Assembly: GCA_964457525.1 (NCBI GenBank)
Contig: CAYWGS010000011.1
Span: 1 to 26,962 of the forward strand
Reading direction: 5' to 3'
Source of the DNA: an uncultured Erysipelotrichaceae bacterium
Lineage (GTDB): Bacteria > Bacillota_I > Bacilli_A > Erysipelotrichales > Erysipelotrichaceae
Length of the DNA stretch: 26,962 nucleotides
Shown: one piece after another, positions 23,528 to 26,962 of the stretch
Numbering within the stretch: the stretch's first letter is position 1
How the letters are laid out: each line of letters opens with the position of its first letter
The notes under the pieces: model-generated
The model's input: the letters and a program-made list of their open reading frames with translations, nothing else
Databases searched by the model: none
What the model was told of the DNA's origin: nothing
Program-made: the position numbers and the translations under genes

Positions 23528-25118
23528 TTTTTTACTCTTTATCAATCGAATATTGATTGTAGTGGCATGGATTGTATTATATGCGACGATGATCAAGAAA
23601 AGTTTACATATGTTTCAACAAAACCGATATGAGATTCGACGTTATTGGCCATGGTTGTTAGAACATATTCAATTGGATGTTAAACAATCAATCAAATGGA
23701 TTGTGATTGGAATAGTTTATGTTTGTATCGCCTTTATTGCGAATGCATCTAATGTGATTGGAAGCTTATTGGTGGTTGGATTAACTCTATTACTAGGGTA
23801 TTTAACCATACAAGCAGAAAGAAAAATTAATTACATTAAGAAACTGAATATGACATCACGTGTTAAACGACAAGTTTGTGTGATGGTTGTTTTAGTTTTT
23901 GTCTCACTTTACTTTGTGATTTCACTCAGTTGGACATGGATCGCTTTATTTACTCCATTAATGATTGTTTTAATCTGGATATATGTTATTTTAATGGCTC
24001 TTATTACGATGCCATTTGAAAGTATTCTTAAGCAAATTTATATCAATAAGGCTAAAGGGATTCTAAACCAACAATCACGTCTCATTAAAATTGGGATTAC
24101 CGGCAGTTATGGTAAGACATCGAGTAAGAACATTCTAAATGAAATTCTATCCGAGAAGTACTATGTATTAAGTACACCTGCATCGTTTAATACACCAATG
24201 GGCTTAACCATCACCATACGTGAACAACTCAAGACCATTCACCAAGTCTTTATTGCGGAAATGGGTGCAGATAAAGTGGGTGAAATTAATTTCTTAAGCA
24301 AGTTTATTCGTCCTCAATATGCGATTATTACATCGATAGGACCTCAACACTTAAATACATTTAAAACATTAGATAATATCATTCGTGAGAAAATGCGATT
24401 AATCGAGAATTTGCCAGTTTCTGGGGTTGGTGTTATTAATTATGATTATGAAACAGTACGTAATTATCGAATCAAGAATAATTGTAAGATTATTCGTTAT
24501 GCGATCGATCATGAAGCAGATTTTATGGCTGAGAAGATTGAATACTCACCCAATGGTTCAAACTTTATAGTTAAGTGCAGTGAAGGCGAATATCCTTTCT
24601 CAACACGATTATTGGGTAAACACAATATTTCTAATATCCTAGCAGGGATTGCGTTAGGTCGAGTATTGTGTTTAAGTTGGGATTTACTTCAAAAAGCAGT
24701 CAGTAATGTTAATTACGTTGAACATCGCTTACAACTTAAGAAAATAAATGGTTTTAATTATATTGATAATGCATTTAATTCCAATCCTGAGGGAGCTAAG
24801 ATGTCTCTTGAGGTGTTGAAGTTAATGCCGAATCATCGCTATATTGTGACTCCAGGGATGATTGATTTAGGGGTTAAGCAATATGAACTAAATAAACAAT
24901 TTGGGACACAAATGAAAGACCATGTGGATACAGTTGTGTTAGTTGGTAAGAAACAAACACTTCCAATCTATGAAGGATTAAAAGAATCTGGATTTAATAT
25001 GGAAGAAGTAGTCGTGTTGGATACCGTAAAAGAAGCGTTTAAATACATTGAAACTCATGCGAGTAAAGACGATATCATCTTATTAGAGAATGATTTGCCT
25101 GATGCGTTTAATCACTAG
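23520..25118 (+). CDS. murF: MurF-like UDP-MurNAc-tripeptide--D-Ala-D-Ala ligase with an N-terminal polytopic membrane domain, 532 aa
   Basis: aa 1-166 contain about 5 hydrophobic helices. Mur-ligase P-loop IGITGSYGKTSSK at aa 191-203. MurF-type C-terminal motifs IDNAFNSNPEGAKMSLEVL and IVTPGMIDLG. 8-nt overlap with the upstream hydrolase gene. Confidence 0.8.
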   Translation: MNDFLLFINRILIVVAWIVLYATMIKKSLHMFQQNRYEIRRYWPWLLEHIQLDVKQSIKWIVIGIVYVCIAFIANASNVIGSLLVVGLTLLLGYLTIQAERKINYIKKLNMTSRVKRQVCVMVVLVFVSLYFVISLSWTWIALFTPLMIVLIWIYVILMALITMPFESILKQIYINKAKGILNQQSRLIKIGITGSYGKTSSKNILNEILSEKYYVLSTPASFNTPMGLTITIREQLKTIHQVFIAEMGADKVGEINFLSKFIRPQYAIITSIGPQHLNTFKTLDNIIREKMRLIENLPVSGVGVINYDYETVRNYRIKNNCKIIRYAIDHEADFMAEKIEYSPNGSNFIVKCSEGEYPFSTRLLGKHNISNILAGIALGRVLCLSWDLLQKAVSNVNYVEHRLQLKKINGFNYIDNAFNSNPEGAKMSLEVLKLMPNHRYIVTPGMIDLGVKQYELNKQFGTQMKDHVDTVVLVGKKQTLPIYEGLKESGFNMEEVVVLDTVKEAFKYIETHASKDDIILLENDLPDAFNH

Positions 25119-25130
25119 AAAGAGTGAATT

Positions 25131-25730
25131 ATGGAATGGAATCATTTCTTAAGTAAGTTATTATCGATTAGTAAAATTGGATTAAAGTTTTCGAAGGATC
25201 CCTATGCACTTGAGAATTATCAAGAACTACAGGATTTAGTCATTCAACAGTCACAGGAAGTGAATCAACCGATTGATGTGGTTAAGTTGTATCCTAAGGA
25301 TACCTATCCTACACCTAATGTATCTGTACGTATCATGATTTTTAATGAGAAGAATCAATTACTAATGGTCCAAGAAAAGAGTGATCAAGGGTATGCGGTT
25401 CCAGGTGGATGGTGTGATGTATTTGAATCACCGAAGCAGAATGCGATTAAAGAAGTTAAACAAGAAACTGGACTTGACGTAGAGATTGTTCGATTATGTG
25501 CAATCATGCAGAGAGAATTGTATAAATCAAAGCCTACCATGATTTCGGAATATGTGATGTATTTCTTAGCTGAAATCAAGGGTGGAGATCTACAGTTTAA
25601 TCATGAGTTGATGGATATTGGTTTTTTTGATTATGATGCGTTGCCTGTGTTATCATTAAAAACGTCAAAACGCGAATTAGAGATCGCGATGGATGTGATT
25701 AAACATCATAAAGATGTTTATATCGATTAA
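25131..25730 (+). CDS. Nudix hydrolase with an N-terminal helical Nudix_N-type extension, 199 aa
   Basis: Nudix box GGWCDVFESPKQNAIKEVKQETGL (G-x5-E-x7-[K]E-V-K-[Q]E-x-G-L). The helical N-terminal about 60 aa (MEWNHFLSKLLSISKIGLKFSKDPYALENY) resemble the YjhB-type N-domain. Confidence 0.85.
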   Translation: MEWNHFLSKLLSISKIGLKFSKDPYALENYQELQDLVIQQSQEVNQPIDVVKLYPKDTYPTPNVSVRIMIFNEKNQLLMVQEKSDQGYAVPGGWCDVFESPKQNAIKEVKQETGLDVEIVRLCAIMQRELYKSKPTMISEYVMYFLAEIKGGDLQFNHELMDIGFFDYDALPVLSLKTSKRELEIAMDVIKHHKDVYID

Positions 25731-25740
25731 GGAGAATCGT

Positions 25741-26910
25741 ATGAAACTCAATATAGGGGTATTATTTGGTGGTAATTCAGTTGAACATGAAGTGAGTGTT
25801 ATCTCTGCTTCTCAAGCAATTGCGGCAATTGATCGTGAACGTTATCATGTCATTCCTTTGTACTTAACAAAGGATCATCGTTTGTTTTCAGGTGAAGCTT
25901 TATTGGATGTGAAGAACTTTAAGAATATGTCCTCACTCTTAAATAAATGCAAACAAGTAAGTATTGTTAAAATCCAACAAAAGTTTTATGTACAACCTAT
26001 TAAATCTAATCTATTTAACAAGGCACAAGAAGTGGATATTGTGATTCCAGTTGTACATGGAACCCATTGTGAAGACGGTAGTATACAAGGTTATTTAGAA
26101 ACGGTAGGTATTCCATATTCTGGGTCTGATGTTATATCAGCAGGACTTGGTCAAGATAAAGTCTATATGAAAATGGTGTTTGAACACCATAACATACCAA
26201 TGGTTCCTTGGACTTATTTCAATTCTAATGAGTATCGTTCGAATAAAGCTAAAGTATTAGATACGATTCAATCTACAGTTGGGCTTCCATGTGTGGTTAA
26301 ACCAGCAAGACTTGGTTCAAGTGTTGGTATCTCTTTGGTTAAAACGATTGAATCATTAGAGTTCGCAATTGATGATGCGATGAATTATGATACAAAAATA
26401 GTCATTGAAAAAGCAGTTATGAACTTAAGAGAAGTGAATTGTTCTGTTTTAGGGGATGAGATTAAGGTTGAAGCATCGATTCTTGAAGAAGTTATGAAAT
26501 ATGATGCGATCTTATCGTATAAGGATAAATATCAATCAAACTCTAAATCAAAAGGAATGGCTTCTACTTCACGTATTTGTCCTGCTCCACTTGATGATGC
26601 TTATACTTCAAAGGTACAAGAATTAGCTAAGGAAGTATTTACTGTGTTAGGGTGTTCAGGGGTGACACGAATCGATTTTATGATTGATTCTGAAACCATG
26701 GAACTGTATGTAAATGAGATTAATACCATTCCTGGTTCGTTATCTTTCTATCTATGGGATAAGTCAGGATATAACTTTACAGATTTGATGGATAAACTCA
26801 TTGAACAATCGATTGAACGTCAAAGACGAAGAGAAAAAATGGTTTTCTCATTTGATACAAACCTACTTGATCAGTATTCATCGACGGGTTCTAAAGGAAG
26901 TAAGAGTTAA
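25741..26910 (+). CDS. ddl: D-alanine--D-alanine ligase (long form), 389 aa
   Basis: MKLNIGVLFGGNSVEHEVSVISA, CEDGSIQGYLE, ATP-grasp core, omega-loop SYKDKY, EINTIPG. ATG 25741 has AAGGAG 6 nt upstream. The ORF-track ATG at 25714 lies inside the Nudix gene. Confidence 0.92.
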   Translation: MKLNIGVLFGGNSVEHEVSVISASQAIAAIDRERYHVIPLYLTKDHRLFSGEALLDVKNFKNMSSLLNKCKQVSIVKIQQKFYVQPIKSNLFNKAQEVDIVIPVVHGTHCEDGSIQGYLETVGIPYSGSDVISAGLGQDKVYMKMVFEHHNIPMVPWTYFNSNEYRSNKAKVLDTIQSTVGLPCVVKPARLGSSVGISLVKTIESLEFAIDDAMNYDTKIVIEKAVMNLREVNCSVLGDEIKVEASILEEVMKYDAILSYKDKYQSNSKSKGMASTSRICPAPLDDAYTSKVQELAKEVFTVLGCSGVTRIDFMIDSETMELYVNEINTIPGSLSFYLWDKSGYNFTDLMDKLIEQSIERQRRREKMVFSFDTNLLDQYSSTGSKGSKS

Positions 26911-26962
26911 GAGGCTGTAACGAAATAGAATAATTAGTTGGTCAAAAAGACAATTAATGATT

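Noticed and set aside
4838-25579. Remaining short overlapping ORFs from the track: opposite-strand ORFs 4838..5032, 8878..9063, 10619..10993, 13640..13882, 14104..14307, 15501..15824, 15963..16178, 16842..17204, 18047..18439, 19283..19477, 19561..19872, 20441..20623, 21197..21517, 23248..23430 and 25385..25579, plus the same-strand 16586..16768
   Set aside because: Each is nested in, or heavily overlaps, a confidently assigned gene on the other strand or in another frame. None has a credible ribosome-binding site. Their translations are Ser/Leu/Ile/Cys-rich with no recognisable motifs.
20740-26910. Vancomycin-resistance-type cluster (two-component system plus ligase, vanRS-HAX-like)
   Set aside because: There is no VanH-type dehydrogenase, VanX/VanXY dipeptidase or VanT racemase. 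The ligase keeps the Lys-Tyr dyad associated with D-Ala-D-Ala synthesis. The architecture is only superficially van-like.
1-26962. Mobile elements, prophage remnants, CRISPR arrays or known defence systems
   Set aside because: No transposase, integrase, recombinase or phage structural genes are present. I saw no terminal inverted repeats and no regularly spaced direct repeats. No nuclease, helicase or methylase genes typical of defence islands appeared in any frame.

Overview
AT-rich chromosomal backbone from a low-GC Gram-positive bacterium (Bacillota; the cdaA-cdaR-glmM and murF/ddl content fits a walled Bacilli or Erysipelotrichia-like organism, and finer taxonomy cannot be read from the sequence). 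I support 30 protein-coding genes, of which two are micropeptide ORFs absent from the ORF track, plus one tRNA. Layout: (1) 54..11530, one sigma-A promoter and one terminator bracket an 11-gene plus-strand operon. It encodes thiolase, a FabG/PhaB-like reductase, a serine hydrolase, an atypical KAS III-like enzyme, a five-gene Liv/HAAT-type ABC importer, a 4-hydroxybutyrate-type CoA-transferase, a second serine hydrolase and a TetR regulator. (2) maf, a stand-alone tRNA-Thr(GGU), a small lipoprotein on the minus strand, and a nucleotidyltransferase coupled to an iron alcohol dehydrogenase. (3) A minus-strand TraB/PrgY-family membrane protein followed by two strongly ribosome-bound hydrophobic micropeptide ORFs of 28 and 34 aa. 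(4) 16589..26910, a gap-free nine-gene plus-strand string: cdaA (with a roughly 215-aa E/K/V-rich C-terminal tail), cdaR, glmM, an OmpR-type response regulator, a histidine kinase, an alpha/beta hydrolase, a MurF-like ligase whose N-terminal domain is replaced by about 5 transmembrane helices, a Nudix hydrolase and a long-form Ddl. I saw no transposase, integrase, phage genes, CRISPR array or recognisable defence genes. The best candidates for undescribed biology are the TetR-linked acyl-CoA/ABC locus, the TraB-micropeptide module, the membrane-anchored MurF, and the extended CdaA. All functional assignments rest on motifs read by eye from the translations; no database search was run.
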